Source: Phoronis australis (taxonomy: Eukaryota > Animalia > Phoronida). Taken from it: a DNA stretch of 64,000 nucleotides. The stretch spans positions 127,065 to 191,064 of the forward strand of contig NMRA01000360.1 of NCBI GenBank assembly GCA_002633005.1, in the 5' to 3' direction. The notes under the pieces were generated by a model, which saw only the letters and a list, made by a program, of their open reading frames with translations, was not told the origin of the DNA and did not search any database. This document shows positions 50,773 through 62,140 of this stretch, in pieces. Made by a program: the position numbers and the translations under genes. How positions within the stretch are numbered: position 1 is the stretch's first letter; each line of letters starts with the position of its first letter.

Positions 50773-51364
50773 ATACGCTTCGAATTCCTAAGTTTCTTAC
50801 ATTTTTTCGGCAGATTTTTTAAATACTTCACCCAGACTGTTCACATGGCCGATCACATCCTAAATGTATGTACTTGCGCGTTAAGTGTCAAGTTTTCTCT
50901 TGTAAAAGAAACAGTTTTAAAAGTAACGATTTATTTCGTGAAAAGAGGTAATAAAGTTGAAAACAATGGCAACTGTGCAGTGAACTTGTAACACCTCCTG
51001 GATATAGTTAAAAAACAACAATATTTGATATTGCAGTTTCCTAGGAATCTATCGGTGCCTGAGTTGCAGACGATATAGTATTCAGCAATTGAAAACTGAG
51101 ACATAAGTGTCATATAATTAACAGTTTTGTTCCAGATTTTACGCCTAGGGCCTAGTTGCATGATAGTTACACTGCTGCAACTGTATTACTTTAAACTATA
51201 TACGGAAAGTTTGATGATCGAACCGGCTGAAGACGTCGAGTCGACATTGACCTACCTTTTGAACTTTCCATGTCAGAGTTCACTGTTGAAGTAGTGCGGG
51301 AGGTGAATATGGAAAACTTTATTACATGGCCGTATTTCGCTCGACAGATTCAATGCGTATGGGA
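50769..51364. mobile_element. MITE with TCCCATACGC termini and TA flanks
   Basis: TA|TCCCATACGC ... GCGTATGGGA|TA. Confidence 0.6.
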
Positions 51365-51721
51365 TAAAAAGAAAAATATCATCTATAAAATCCCATTTGA
51401 ATGTGGTCAATCATATATCGGTGAAACATTAAGACCACTGGAGACGAGAATTGCTGAACATAAGAGGTGTTGTAGAGAAGGTAATACCTCATCAGGAGTA
51501 GCAGAACACATGTGGTCGAAACAACACAACATCCAGTGGAATAACATCCAAATACTTGACAGTGAAACAGGTTCGACCAAGAGAAAGATCAAGGAAGCCG
51601 TGTACATCATAAGTGAAAGTACAAGGCAATGTCTTCAGTCAACCAAGCAAACAACCAAGTGACACCTGGCTAAGTCTACTTAGGAAGGTTTAAATATAAT
51701 AAAATTCCCTCTAAGTAAATG

Positions 51722-51806
51722 GGTCACCCCGTGTAGTGGTTAAGGTGCAGGGCTCAAATTATGTGTAGTTTCAGAGGTCTAGGGTTCAAATCCTGCCTTG
51801 GGCCAA
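51722..51806 (+). mobile_element. tRNA-like SINE head / tRNA pseudogene inside the Penelope 3' region
   Basis: A box GTGTAGTGGTTAAG and B box GGTTCAAATCC. It is flanked by AAATG on both sides and the cloverleaf is imperfect. Confidence 0.55.
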
Positions 51807-51863
51807 AAATGACACGATGATGAGTGCACCACATGTCCGTGCTAGTTCTTCTAAGAACGCAGG

Positions 51864-51914
51864 AACAACTGACGATGGCCGGAGAATAGACCAATCGAAA
51901 CGTCGTGACAGTGT
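51864..51914 (+). ncRNA. Hammerhead ribozyme-like motif of the Penelope pLTR (degenerate)
   Basis: CTGACGA-T-stem II-CGAAAC-GTCGT. The inverted copy at 46886-46933 has a better stem II (GGCCGG AGAA TTGGCC). The cleavage triplet is not clearly canonical. Confidence 0.5.
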
Positions 51915-53660
51915 AAATGGGCAAGAGGTCGGTGTAAATAGAACAAGAGATTTTAGTAATAGTTGTAACACGCCAACACCTCAGGGCGCTTTTAGAAAGT
52001 CATGAGAAAGCAAATAGGCAGCAGTATTTTTGTCAGTGAAAACCTCACGAAAAACGACAGCTGAAACGAAACGGAAAGATTCAAGCTACCTGGTCCACAG
52101 ATGGTTCAGGGAAGGTTAGTCAACGACAAGACCCATACAGTGACACCAACGGGAGATTTGAATGAACTGATAACCTCAATAACTATATCTCTCGCACTGT
52201 TGTGTGCTTATCATAACGTAAACACCTAATCTAATCACTGGGGGATATCTAACCAATTATGTTTGTTTTTAAGTTCCCAGTTTCATACTATAATAGTTTT
52301 TCGATGTTAGTTAGTCTTGATAATAGGTATGGAGTTAATATTTTCGTTAGTTTTGATAGTTTAGACCGCAAGCTTTCACTTTTCAATTTGCCATGGCATT
52401 GTTGAAGAGCAGCGCATTTGTGACGTTTCATCCACTATGAATGAATCCATTAACATGATAAGTGACATGTCTTTAAATTCCGGTGAGTATGGTAGAAACG
52501 ACAACTACAACATAATCAATAAACTGAGACTGAATGATGAAGACAATTTCGTCACCGTACGCAATTCACCATATTATGATACTAGTGGTTTCAAAAATTA
52601 ACTAAGTGCAATTAACACAAGTTATGCATACTAAGTGTCAATATACAGTCTATCTCTTCCAAGTTTGCAGAATTTCAGGCGATGATTCATGAAGCAAATA
52701 CTACTTCAACACTCTTGTATTGACATCATCAGTCTCCAGGAAACCTGGTTAAGCGAAAATGATAACCCGAATTTATTTCAACTTTCGGGATATTCCGATT
52801 TTATCAATGCAATCTTATGAGGCTTGTTCTCGTCACGGAAGTCTCATCATGTATGTTAAATACTACTTGGAAATTAGAAATGTCATTGGTTAACAATTTT
52901 ACTTCATAAGAAGGACTAGCGCATGTAAGAACGCCTCAGGATAAAACATTGACTATTGTTAATGTTTACAGACCACCCTAAAATGAATTCAGACATCCCG
53001 ATCTATTGCTCAATGAATATACCTTTGAACTAACTAATCTGTCTTCATATAATAAGGAAATAGTTGTGTGGGGGGACTTCAACATCGACCTTATAAACTT
53101 AAACCCAACATGAAACTTTATGAATTTTTTGATGTAATGTTAGCCCGCCCATTACCTTCCTAAAATTACTCTTCCCACTAGATTTACCGACCACTCTGTT
53201 ACACTTGTTGACCACGTTTATTGTAAATTTCCCTGTATGCTGGAACAGTCTCATGCACACATTGAATGAACGGTCAATACATGATCTCAAAGAAGAATGA
53301 CCAACGTATACTCAATGAGTATAACGACGTTAACACAAATTATTACATTTTCTCTCGAACTTTAACTGATGTAATGAACAAACACTTCATCTCCAAAACC
53401 AAAAATTCAACAAATACAAACATAAACTAAATGCATGGATAACAAGTGGCATTTTGAAATCAATAAAATTTAAAGACAAATTGTATAGAAAACTTACCTC
53501 CCCACCTAAACACAGTCACAACTTTGGTGCAATATGGAATAATTTTAAATTATATAACAAATTATTGAAAACCACAATAACATCTGCTAAATAGATTGTA
53601 TTATCATAAGGAATTTACCAAATTTAAAAACGACATAAGGAAGGCATGGCAGACTAGTAA

Positions 53661-54268
53661 AGGAGAATGCCACCCGATTTAATTAGTCTTTTTTGCCGTC
53701 TTAATCGATCTATATCCACATCGCCTCGCATACGGTCGACCTTACCTTGCCAACAGGTATAGCGTTAACCTGTGAGGAAGGTGAGAACCGACGCTAGCGA
53801 CGTCAGTGGTTCATATGCAGAGTGAATGGCGCTATGTTGCGGTGCATCGTTCTCGCTTGTCCGAATTAAGCAGCTGCGAGGAAAGCGGGTATATCGTTTT
53901 TTACTTCCTCGAGAGCCCGAAATGCTTAGGAAGTGGCTCATGGTAACGAAGAATGAAATGTACGCTGAAAATAGCAAGTATGAGGCCGTGAAACATCTCC
54001 ATGTCTGTGGCCTGCAAACGTCGACACTGCCTGACGAATGCCGGCTTTCCAAATAACTCCATACGTTCCGTTGTCTGAGCTTGTTCACGGCGCCTCTCTA
54101 GTATTTATTCCTCACTGTATTCCTGTTCGAATTGATAGCCTGTAAAACTTTACGATCCACCTGCGAAGTCGGGACTGATGAGCTCTAGCTCGTCCTAAGT
54201 CGGGATTGCGAGTTGCCATGTTGGCGTTTATTACTGAGCGTTCTGTTTCAAAATGAATTATTCTCACC
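53661..54268. mobile_element. Internally deleted Kolobok-like transposon (copy B)
   Basis: GTAA|AGGAGAAT ... ATTCTCACC|CTAA ends interrupt the CR1 frame. The plus strand has a THAP remnant (53826-54010) LPREPEMLRKW...HVCG. The convergent minus strand has a KolX-like start (ATG 54219; GYQFEQEYSEE at ~54140-54108). Confidence 0.7.
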
Positions 54269-55681
54269 CTAACCAATACTTATATAAAACTGAAACAAAG
54301 TCTGTCTCATTAGATGCAATTTGTAATGCCTTCGGAGTGTTCGTGAGTGCAAATGATTTAGAAGCCAGCAATGAATAAATCACAGCGTTACCGGCCTTAG
54401 GTGCAATAAAACTAATCATTGACGGGATACCGAGGACGTGTGAGCTCATGCTAATTTAGTGTTTACTGGCAGAAACTGTTGTGAAACACCTCGATTTCCA
54501 TCAATCGGCCAGGTGTTAGGGTAATCTTTATTTACATTTATATTACTCAAATAATGATTGTCAATGTACAACTTCTGCCCTGACGGTGCTGTGGCCAAAG
54601 CGGAACCTGAATTCGCGGCCCCCGACGAGTAAGTTGATTTGTTGACAAACAAAAATCTGCCAACTTAGAGATTACTACTGGTCACAGTGTTCCACAAGGT
54701 TCCATACTGGGACCCTTACTTTTTTGATCTGTCCACTTCACTTGATATACTCTTGTAAGCAGATCAAGTGGAGAATTTCGTGCTTACATTGGTCACCGTT
54801 CAGATTCTCTTAGCCCCAGACAATTTATGACACCTATTCAGCACGCCTTTTTGTATTGATGTAGATCTGAGCTAATGAAGTGGGAAGGTAGCACTTCTGG
54901 CTCAACAATGGAGGTTGTTGTTACACCCAAATTGGTTTTCCCTGGCATTTGCACAGAGTTACAGCCTGCAGCTGCTGAGAGTAGTTTTAACTTGGTACAT
55001 TTTAAATATTACAAAATAACTTAAAAACTTTATTTGTGTTTATCTTGACAAAGAGCCACTTCCCAAAGGAACGATGGTTTTAAATATTTTTCATACCGGT
55101 TTTCCTTATTTCATTCTTAATAATCATGTCTACTTATATTTTTTTCTTACCGGGAACGGGGCTGATTTCTATTTACTTTATTTTTAAACTTGAAGTACCA
55201 AAACAGTGGTAGAATTTGATCGCCAGCGAAACTTATTAGTTTAGTTATTTGTGAACCCATTACTGAACTTTCCAGATTACATCTACACAAATTACATTAC
55301 ACGGCAACAAAATTACACGTGTCATTAGTTCATGATTAATCTAATAACACATGCCTTACCACCCCTATTAGCATAAACACCTCAACAGATGCTTCAGCAG
55401 TTTTCCTAAACAATTAACTTTCATGTCTAAATGCCTGGCTGATAGCAAATAAACCCTCACTTTACTCGTCAAAAACCAAATACGTGTTGTTAAGCTTTCC
55501 TCAGAAACATCTAAAAGAGCAACACATTCCTGGTCTGTAAATGCTGAACAAGCCAGTCACATATGTCGAAACATTTAAGTTTTTGGGGTTACATCTAGAG
55601 GCACTTGTTTTGGAACAAACAGATACAAAAGATAAACATGTGATGTACTGCACAAGCTAAAAGGAACGTTCCCTAAACATA

Positions 55682-55759
55682 TTTTTTATTTTTTTATTGT
55701 AATATTCAAAATGAGGATGGCCTCTTCAGTGACAGCATTGCTTTCCAAGAGGGCCCTTC
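55682..55759 (-). mobile_element. Short LINE/SINE 3' tail insertion
   Basis: Reverse complement of 49470-49543 (GAAGGCCCTCTTGGAAAGCAATGCTG...). Confidence 0.7.
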
Positions 55760-57082
55760 TTTTGATTTATAAACCTCTCATTTTACTACACTTAAACTTA
55801 CGGTGTAACATGCCGGGGTTTCCACAAGTGCCACCGACTACCAGTATTACAGAAACATGGTGTTCGAAATACTACCTCATCATACTTCCTAGCTAATACT
55901 GACCAGTTATTTCTGTCATCTTCTTTCCTTAAACGATATTTTTCATATCTCATGTCAAAACTTTTTTCTACAAGTCTTGCAATAAGCTCTTACCCCCATT
56001 TTTCTCCGAATTTCGTGATGATATCAATCTTGATTCATCCAAACGACAATGAAATCTCCCCTCACGCCGATTTTTGTGTAACACTTCCACAGCTCAACCC
56101 ATTATTACCCAAACCGCTAAATAAAGCCAACAGCCAGCCTACCCGCAGGCCCGAAGCCAGGGGGAGTTCGAAGGGTTCGATCGACAGATGCACAACAACA
56201 AAATTGTTGCAGCTACTGGTACTGGTAACTGCAATGATAACTGAGTTCTAATTATAAATTTGCTCTTGATTCAAAGCGCTTCACGTAATCATCTAGCCGA
56301 ACCCGGCCAACTTCTCCCGAGTGGTATTTGTGAAGATGACAGGATCGCGTAGACGATAAGAGCAGGCTTTATATTTCCATCGGCATGGAACACACGTGGT
56401 GTTTACATTGTATAGGGCAACAAGGGCGTCTAGACTGAGTAAATGTCTGTACCTCAGTAGTAGCTACGCTATACAGCAACTAGAGAGCTCCCAAAAAGTG
56501 GTGCGATGCGAATACCTTATAGTAGATCAAGAAACAAAACAGAGAATAGGTTTGTAATATGATATTGCTTGCTAGTATACAGTACGGTGAAAGGCAGGCA
56601 TTTGGAATTGCGTGTCGGAAAGTGTTCGTCAAGTACAGGTGTGTTTTTCTTCCAGTGTCCACTTCGACTGTGGATTGGTGGATGGACATGCAGGCGTGTA
56701 CACGTGTGTACGTTTCTGTCCTTTTAAAATCAGAAGAAGCCGACGGTAAATTAACTATACGCATCCCTCCGTCAATGCTCAAAAACCAGAATTTTACTAA
56801 AACCCTGTTTTCTTGTACTGAGAAAACACCGACGAGAATGATCACATTTTTGGGGAATAGTACGTCTAGGGCCAGTAAACATTTTGGTCAATGAAGATAG
56901 ACTTTTCTTGTCAACAGTCTCAACGATGGGGCACAGCCTCAGAGATTTCATACGAGCAACTAACTTCTTGGGAAAGATTTCCAAGGTTAGATGCCACTAT
57001 TCCGATTGTTCGCTACACGCCGAAGGTCCACCTTTAAAAGTTACTACTTCGAATGTCCATAATCCCATGTAAAACCAGAAAA

Positions 57083-57511
57083 AAGTCAAGGTGGCTTGAT
57101 GTCATTTGCGGTGCATCAGACGTGTGCTTATCCTCATGGTCGGGCCCATTGCATAAACACCTGAGCTAAAGCCTTCAATGGGGCTCTGGTGCGGCACGAA
57201 GTTTTTAGGTCTCCAGTCTCAAGAAAACGGACAGTTGTTTCCATTTATTGCCATGCACTATATGTTGAAGGCATATGTAACAATGCCATACAGTAGGTTG
57301 CTCCTTAGCCTATAAAAAGCTGGGCGAGACTCTACCAGGTGTTTAGTGGTTTCTATACGTCAGTACCACACTCGGGACACACTGGGCTCCCCATATGCCA
57401 AGTAATGTGTCTGTGTCGGGCAAGGTTACAGTGGCCCGTCAAAATTTGAATGACGTGTCTTATGCCCAATCTATCTAGACTCAGAAGATTTTTTAACCTT
57501 TTGGTTTGATC
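57083..57511 (-). mobile_element. 3' fragment of the same LOA-like retrotransposon family
   Basis: The reverse complement aligns to 45834-46260 (GATCAAACCAAAAGGTT...TGATGCACCGCAAATGACATCA). Confidence 0.85.
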
Positions 57512-57532
57512 CAAACCAGAACACCGACAGTT

Positions 57533-57755
57533 ACTTTTTTCTTAAATATAAGCACAGCCCCAGGAGTCGCTTTCGCATATCCCAGGTTCTAATTCACGCC
57601 CTTGCATACATTCATTAGTAAAACCGAGCTCAGGGGAGTAGGAGATACCTTTGTGCAATGCTCGATTGTCATCCAGTGAAGCCAAGAGGCGAACCCATGC
57701 AGGTCTCCTAAACAGGAATCCCGACCGCAAATCACTTCACTGAGCCACACAGTTG
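57533..57755 (-). mobile_element. tRNA-derived SINE (second family)
   Basis: Head TGTGGCTCAGTG...GGGTTCG, body ACTGGATGACAATCGAGCATTGCAC shared with 60838-60990 and 62937-63093, and an A-rich tail. Confidence 0.75.
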
Positions 57756-57827
57756 ATTGTTCTGATTGTCTGCTGTAACAGACATGAATAAAGTATTGTA
57801 TTTGTCTCCATTTAGTAACCATTTTTA

Positions 57828-57903
57828 AATGTATTAATAACTATCCAACTTTTGTACACCCTTTAAAAAGGGTGTGCAAAATTTGGATAGTTATTAATAC
57901 ATT
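57828..57903. repeat. 76-bp near-perfect palindrome
   Basis: AATGTATTAATAACTATCCAACTTTTGTACACCCTTT-AA-AAAGGGTGTGCAAAATTTGGATAGTTATTAATACATT, with two mismatches. Confidence 0.95.
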
Positions 57904-59607
57904 GATTACATTGTTTACAAATGAGCTCAGTTCCAATCACTGCAAATCGTGATTCTTGAATCTAACTAACGACTTATTCTCAAGTATGGACAACATTTGG
58001 GGCACGGGTCAGGGCTGAAGCGATCAACGGTTTTAAATTTAAGAAGACATAAGGGGCTCTGACCTCGTGAAGACTGACAGAGACAGGGTAGCCTGCTAAC
58101 TACATTTAATTTCGACGTGCCGTGTGCGTGGTTCCGGTGGGTGAGGTTCAGTCGCAGCGGCTCTAAACTTTTCAGTCGGGCTGTGAAATGATGCGACCTT
58201 GACATGGATTTGATGAATCGTATCCGGTGGTTGAATACTCCCACTCCATATTTTTTAAAATGCAATAACGTTCTCATTTTTTCGTGTTCGCAAGATCGAC
58301 AACGGGCAATTTTGCTTGCGTATAAAATCCAAACAAAGTATTTTAGTATCCGGGCGCTGTTTTCGGTAAAGGTACACCATTCAGTGTATCTAATAACCGA
58401 AATATCATTCCTTTTTGCATGTAAAAGTGTAAAATTACACATGGGTTGAAAAGATTAGACCTATTCGTAGTAGTGAACCCTCGAAGTAATGGACATTCGG
58501 AATGGCGAACCGATGGTAAATAGTGGTCTGTTCCCAATTACAGCGTCACGTAAGCAACTTAACTAACTCGCAAAAGTATAACTAGATAAAAAATTTCGTC
58601 AAGTTATTCTCCGACTAAATATTTCTGTCCAAGTAGGTCTAATCACTCATTTAAGCATGCGTGACTTGAAAATTTGGCTGGAAGTAACGCGAAAAAGTTT
58701 TAGACAACATTACATCCGAATCGAGTCCCCGTTTGCGAGCAACCGTCACGGCATCCTCGTCTCTGTTATTACAAATTTCGTCTCATCTAAACAATATAGA
58801 GCAGAAATTCACCGTTGTGTATACAAGCTCCTCCTTCCCCCTGATTGAGCTGCGTAAACCAAGGGCCTGAATGAAAACTCCATAGTGTCGACGTTTGCAA
58901 AATATCAAAGGTCCACCGTTCAAGAAATTCGAACCACCCCCTGCGCAATGCTGGCTACGGGCCTTCAGTTCGTAACTTTCTTAAAGAACTTATTAATTGT
59001 AATATCATTCTACAAACGATAATTGAAAATATATTTATTCACTCCATTCACGCCTTCTCCTCAGCTGCAAAAACTCACTCGTTACAAAACTATTCAGAAT
59101 AATGCTCATCAAACTACAGAATCTGTGCATCTCAGCATCGTTAAAGTTTTAAAATTTTAAAGTATGAGAGATATGTGTCTTTACCTTATCATCGCCGATT
59201 CTTGTTTCCCTACGCTGTACTAATGTAATGAAATTCAATCGTATAGTTACGCCTGCCTAGCCATTTTTTATTTTTTTCTTTGTTTTGCGGTTCTTTTTAT
59301 AGTATAATGAATATATAACGTATTCATTCTTTTTTACCTTTGCTGTGCCAAACATGTTAAAGTTTAGGTTATATCATTCTTAATATATACCTTATTTTAG
59401 TTTCTCCAATTATTGTATCGGTAGTTCATATTGTGATACCTAGAGTGTCCCTTGTAGCCTACATGTATGATACATTTTACATAGATATATTATCATTTTC
59501 TTGATACTAGCCAGGTTGTTGTTTCGCTCATGCACTAAATTGTCCATGTTGAAACGAATAATAGTTTGTTTAGTAGATATAGATGACTTTCATGCAAGCG
59601 GCTCGAT

Positions 59608-59640
<33 letters not shown>

Positions 59641-59850
59641 ATGTCTATATGTCTATCCATCTATCCATCTATCCATCTATCCATCTATCCATCTATCCAT
59701 CTATCCATCTATCTATCTATCTATCTATCCATCTATCCATCTATCTATCCATCTATCTGTCTATCTATCTATCTATCTATCTATATGTCTATATGTCTGT
59801 TTATCAGTCTATCTATCTGTCTGTCCGTTTTTATGTCTGTCTGTCTATCA
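59608..59850. repeat. (TCTA)n/(TCCA)n/(TCTG)n compound microsatellite
   Basis: Seen directly in the sequence; it generates spurious long ORFs in three frames. Confidence 0.97.
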
Positions 59851-59879
59851 GTGTGCTTCTTTTCGGCTGCTTCAGGTCA

Positions 59880-59977
59880 GTCTCGTTGGATCGCGAGATT
59901 ACGTACGAGAGCGGGTGTTTCAAGATGGCTTCCGGTGAATATCTTTGTTAACAACAAGCCGCTCCGTGCTCGTTAAC
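59880..59977 (+). promoter_or_regulatory. Putative housekeeping-type HIRA promoter/5' UTR
   Basis: A CpG-enriched stretch just upstream of the ATG, with ATCGCGAGA (CGCG-box-like), CAAGATGGC (YY1-like) overlapping CTTCCGG (ETS-like), and no TATA box. Confidence 0.55.
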
Positions 59978-60014
59978 ATGCGACTGCTGAAGCCAGTGTG
60001 GGTAAATCATAAAG
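59978..60014 (+). CDS. HIRA: Histone chaperone HIRA, coding exon 1 (MRLLKPVWVNHK)
   Basis: 37-nt exon with a GTAAAA donor; matches the conserved HIRA N-terminus MKLLKPxWVxH. Confidence 0.95.
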
Positions 60015-60264
60015 GTAAAATTTGCATTCAGTGCTTGTTAATGGATAAACTGTTTAACGTATGCTGCATGTGTGTGGTTACGCAGGTCATAGCGTGAGTG
60101 CGCCCGATTTTGTCGATATTCTTTCTGCACGGTCCCTTGCCTGGCTCAGTGAATAACTAGACGACGGCATATTCTAATCAAACCTGTACACTGGAAGGTT
60201 TTCTGAAAAATTCTCTTAACCCTGACTAAGCTAACAAAAGTTACGTTACTGCGTACGTCTGAGG

Positions 60265-60992
60265 AGACACAGACAGTGTGGCTCAGTGTTTGAGCTCCGG
60301 ACTCCCGTTTGAGAGACCGGGGTTCGAATCCTGAAGCGTGTTCAACAGTTACAGAGTGAGTGCTCGCTAGTGCAAGTAGCAGCTCCTGAACAGCTGTGAG
60401 CGCTCACTGTGCAATCTAGTATGGCGACTTTGAAGCAGATTGTGTTGAACGTCTTAGCCGATGAGCTTAACACTAACAGTCCTTCCTATGGCGTACTGAG
60501 CGATAAATATGATTAATCTTTGCCAATATTAATATCGGCAGCTCAAGATAACAACCGTGAAGGCTTTGGAACGACAAGAATCAAGAATTATGTCGAGGAA
60601 ACGACCCACAATTTAAGTCGCACTTTCGGATGAGTCGGTCAACTTTTGAGGTTAGTTTTCGTGTTGCAGAACCATAATGGGTTCATATGTTGCAGATGTG
60701 AAGCCTTCGCAGGATGCCATCTTGGAAATCTAACCGAACATGCTCTCGAGGTTGTTCGCGAGCGCTAACGTAAACACTGCTGTTCAGGACGAGGGCGCTC
60801 AAATCGCTCGCGGGCGCTCACTCTATTGAACATGCTTCTGGCTTTACTGGCTGACAATCGAGCATTGCACAAAAATGTCTCCTACTCCTCTAAGCTCGTT
60901 CTTACTAGTGAGTGAATGAATAAAAGGGAATGAATGAGAACCACTTTGGAATACTCGACTTGGAGTGTGAAGTGTATAAGAAGAGAAAGAAG
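60265..60992 (+). mobile_element. tRNA-SINE split by a Harbinger insertion, in HIRA intron 1
   Basis: Head with A box TGGCTCAGTG and B box GGTTCGAATCC (60265-60333). The body resumes at 60838; the intact homolog is at 57533-57755. Confidence 0.8.
60334..60837 (+). mobile_element. Non-autonomous PIF/Harbinger transposon
   Basis: TIRs AAGCGTGTTCAA / TTGAACATGCTT and a 3-bp TSD CTG. The internal remnant RIKNYVEET..QFKSHFRMSRSTFE matches the Harbinger transposase FRMxRxTF motif. Confidence 0.88.
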
Positions 60993-60994
60993 AA

Positions 60995-62060
60995 TGAATC
61001 TTTGGAATGTGGTGAATCTGCAGTGACAGTACTTTTAGTAGTAATACGTGAAGCCTTCTTTCTCTTTGGACGACTGGTTAGGATGCCTGGCATTGAAGCA
61101 AGAGGTACCAAGTTCAGAACTTGGATTTGGTGATTTTTCACTGCATTGGTGCCCAACAATGCCAAATGGTACGTATTCTGAGTTTGATAATGCCATGATG
61201 ACTGACGACCATTGTATAGTGCCATAATGGCTGAGGAGGAGATGGGCTGATCTGATGTTGAGTTCCAGACGGCATGACGCCCCAGTCATTGAATGGAGAA
61301 GAGTGTGGTGGCCTCTCTTAATGAGTCGCCTGTGGGCAGGTGCTCTTTGGTCAACTGTTAGGACGCCTGGTATTGAAACAGGGGGTATCGGGTTTGAAAC
61401 TTGGACTAGGTAGTAGGCACCCCTGGCCAGCCAAATGACCAAATTGGTGACATTGAGAGCACTTCTTGGCGCTACTGCCTTGCCTTTTACGGGACCCACT
61501 TGACGAAGGTGTAGAGATGAGTGTGCTATCACAGTCAACAAAGCTGCCCAGATTTTCCCATTCACATTAACTACAGGCAAGGTATGCTACATTTTCTCAA
61601 CATTACTGAAGCACATCTACATAAAGTTCCCACGTGTTTGAAACCAGGCATGAATTAATATTGTTAAGGTGATACAACTTAGGGAACTAAAGGTTGAGTA
61701 ATACTTCCACCTGATAGCCAGTGAATACAGCGTACAATGAACCCCGCCTTGGAAGAAGCTTTTACAGCTTCCGTGGTGAAAGACTCTATTCAGGATCTTC
61801 AGTGCTTGCGGAAAAGAAGGCAGAGCTGGAGTATCCACTCATTGTTCCTTGACAGTGTACCAAGACGTGGTCAGAAGCCCCTCTTTTTTCAAAATCTTCC
61901 TTGGTGGCTCCAGCAACATTCCACGATTATGTGGCTTAGTGTACATGGCCAGTGTAATTTTTAACAATGGTCCTGTGACTCCTGTCGCATGACATGTCCT
62001 TCTTTTTTGTCACATACCGGTACATTATTTGGTCTTGGCTAGGAAGAACTGTGGATGATA
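60995..62060 (-). mobile_element. Decayed coding-like segment with a CxxCxxxGH knuckle (possibly a MULE-type transposase 3' part)
   Basis: KKCSQCHQFGHLAGQGC (CRQFGH in the duplicate); frames are broken and the family is uncertain. Confidence 0.35.
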
Positions 62061-62140
62061 GTGGCCATGTTAGAATGTCAGTGACTGATGATGTAACTAA
62101 CTTAAACAAAAGTTAAATTTGATCATATTGCTATGTGCAG

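Larger units (their letters stand above)
46837..51965 (+). mobile_element. Penelope-like retroelement (RT + GIY-YIG) with an inverted pLTR copy at the 5' end
   Basis: LLSKGLNYA, ADKGNATVV, YGKPNIHK..PMRPII, SFDVESLFTSV, GMPMDSPLSP and YIDD. GIY-YIG IIYKIPFECGQSYIGET..RIAEH lies at 51376-51640. Segment 46837-46930 is the reverse complement of 51871-51964. Confidence 0.9.
46300..56100 (+). mobile_element. Fragmented CR1-group LINE hosting nested insertions
   Basis: ORF1 DLDRTHRL..IVVKFTTYNERQ (46745-46840) resumes as IFVSENLTK..KIQATWSTDG (52026-52105). APE motifs ILSVNIQS, LQETWL, VYRPP and GDFNIDL lie at 52628-53100. RT motifs VPQGSILGPLLF (54688) and FKFLGL (55574) follow. Boundaries are approximate. 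Confidence 0.8.

Noticed and set aside
56480-57072. Overlapping ORFs of 62-121 aa
   Set aside because: No identifiable domain; a tentative RLE-endonuclease resemblance did not hold up.
57966-58537. 158-aa ORF as a divergent partner gene of HIRA
   Set aside because: Non-ATG start, atypical composition, and no splice or homology support.
59501-59976. Three overlapping 111-145 aa ORFs
   Set aside because: They are translations of a stop-free tetranucleotide microsatellite.
37815-60333. tRNA genes at ~37815-37892, 51722-51806, 57690-57755 and 60265-60333
   Set aside because: They have A/B boxes but no complete cloverleaf. Three continue into SINE bodies and two are bounded by direct repeats.
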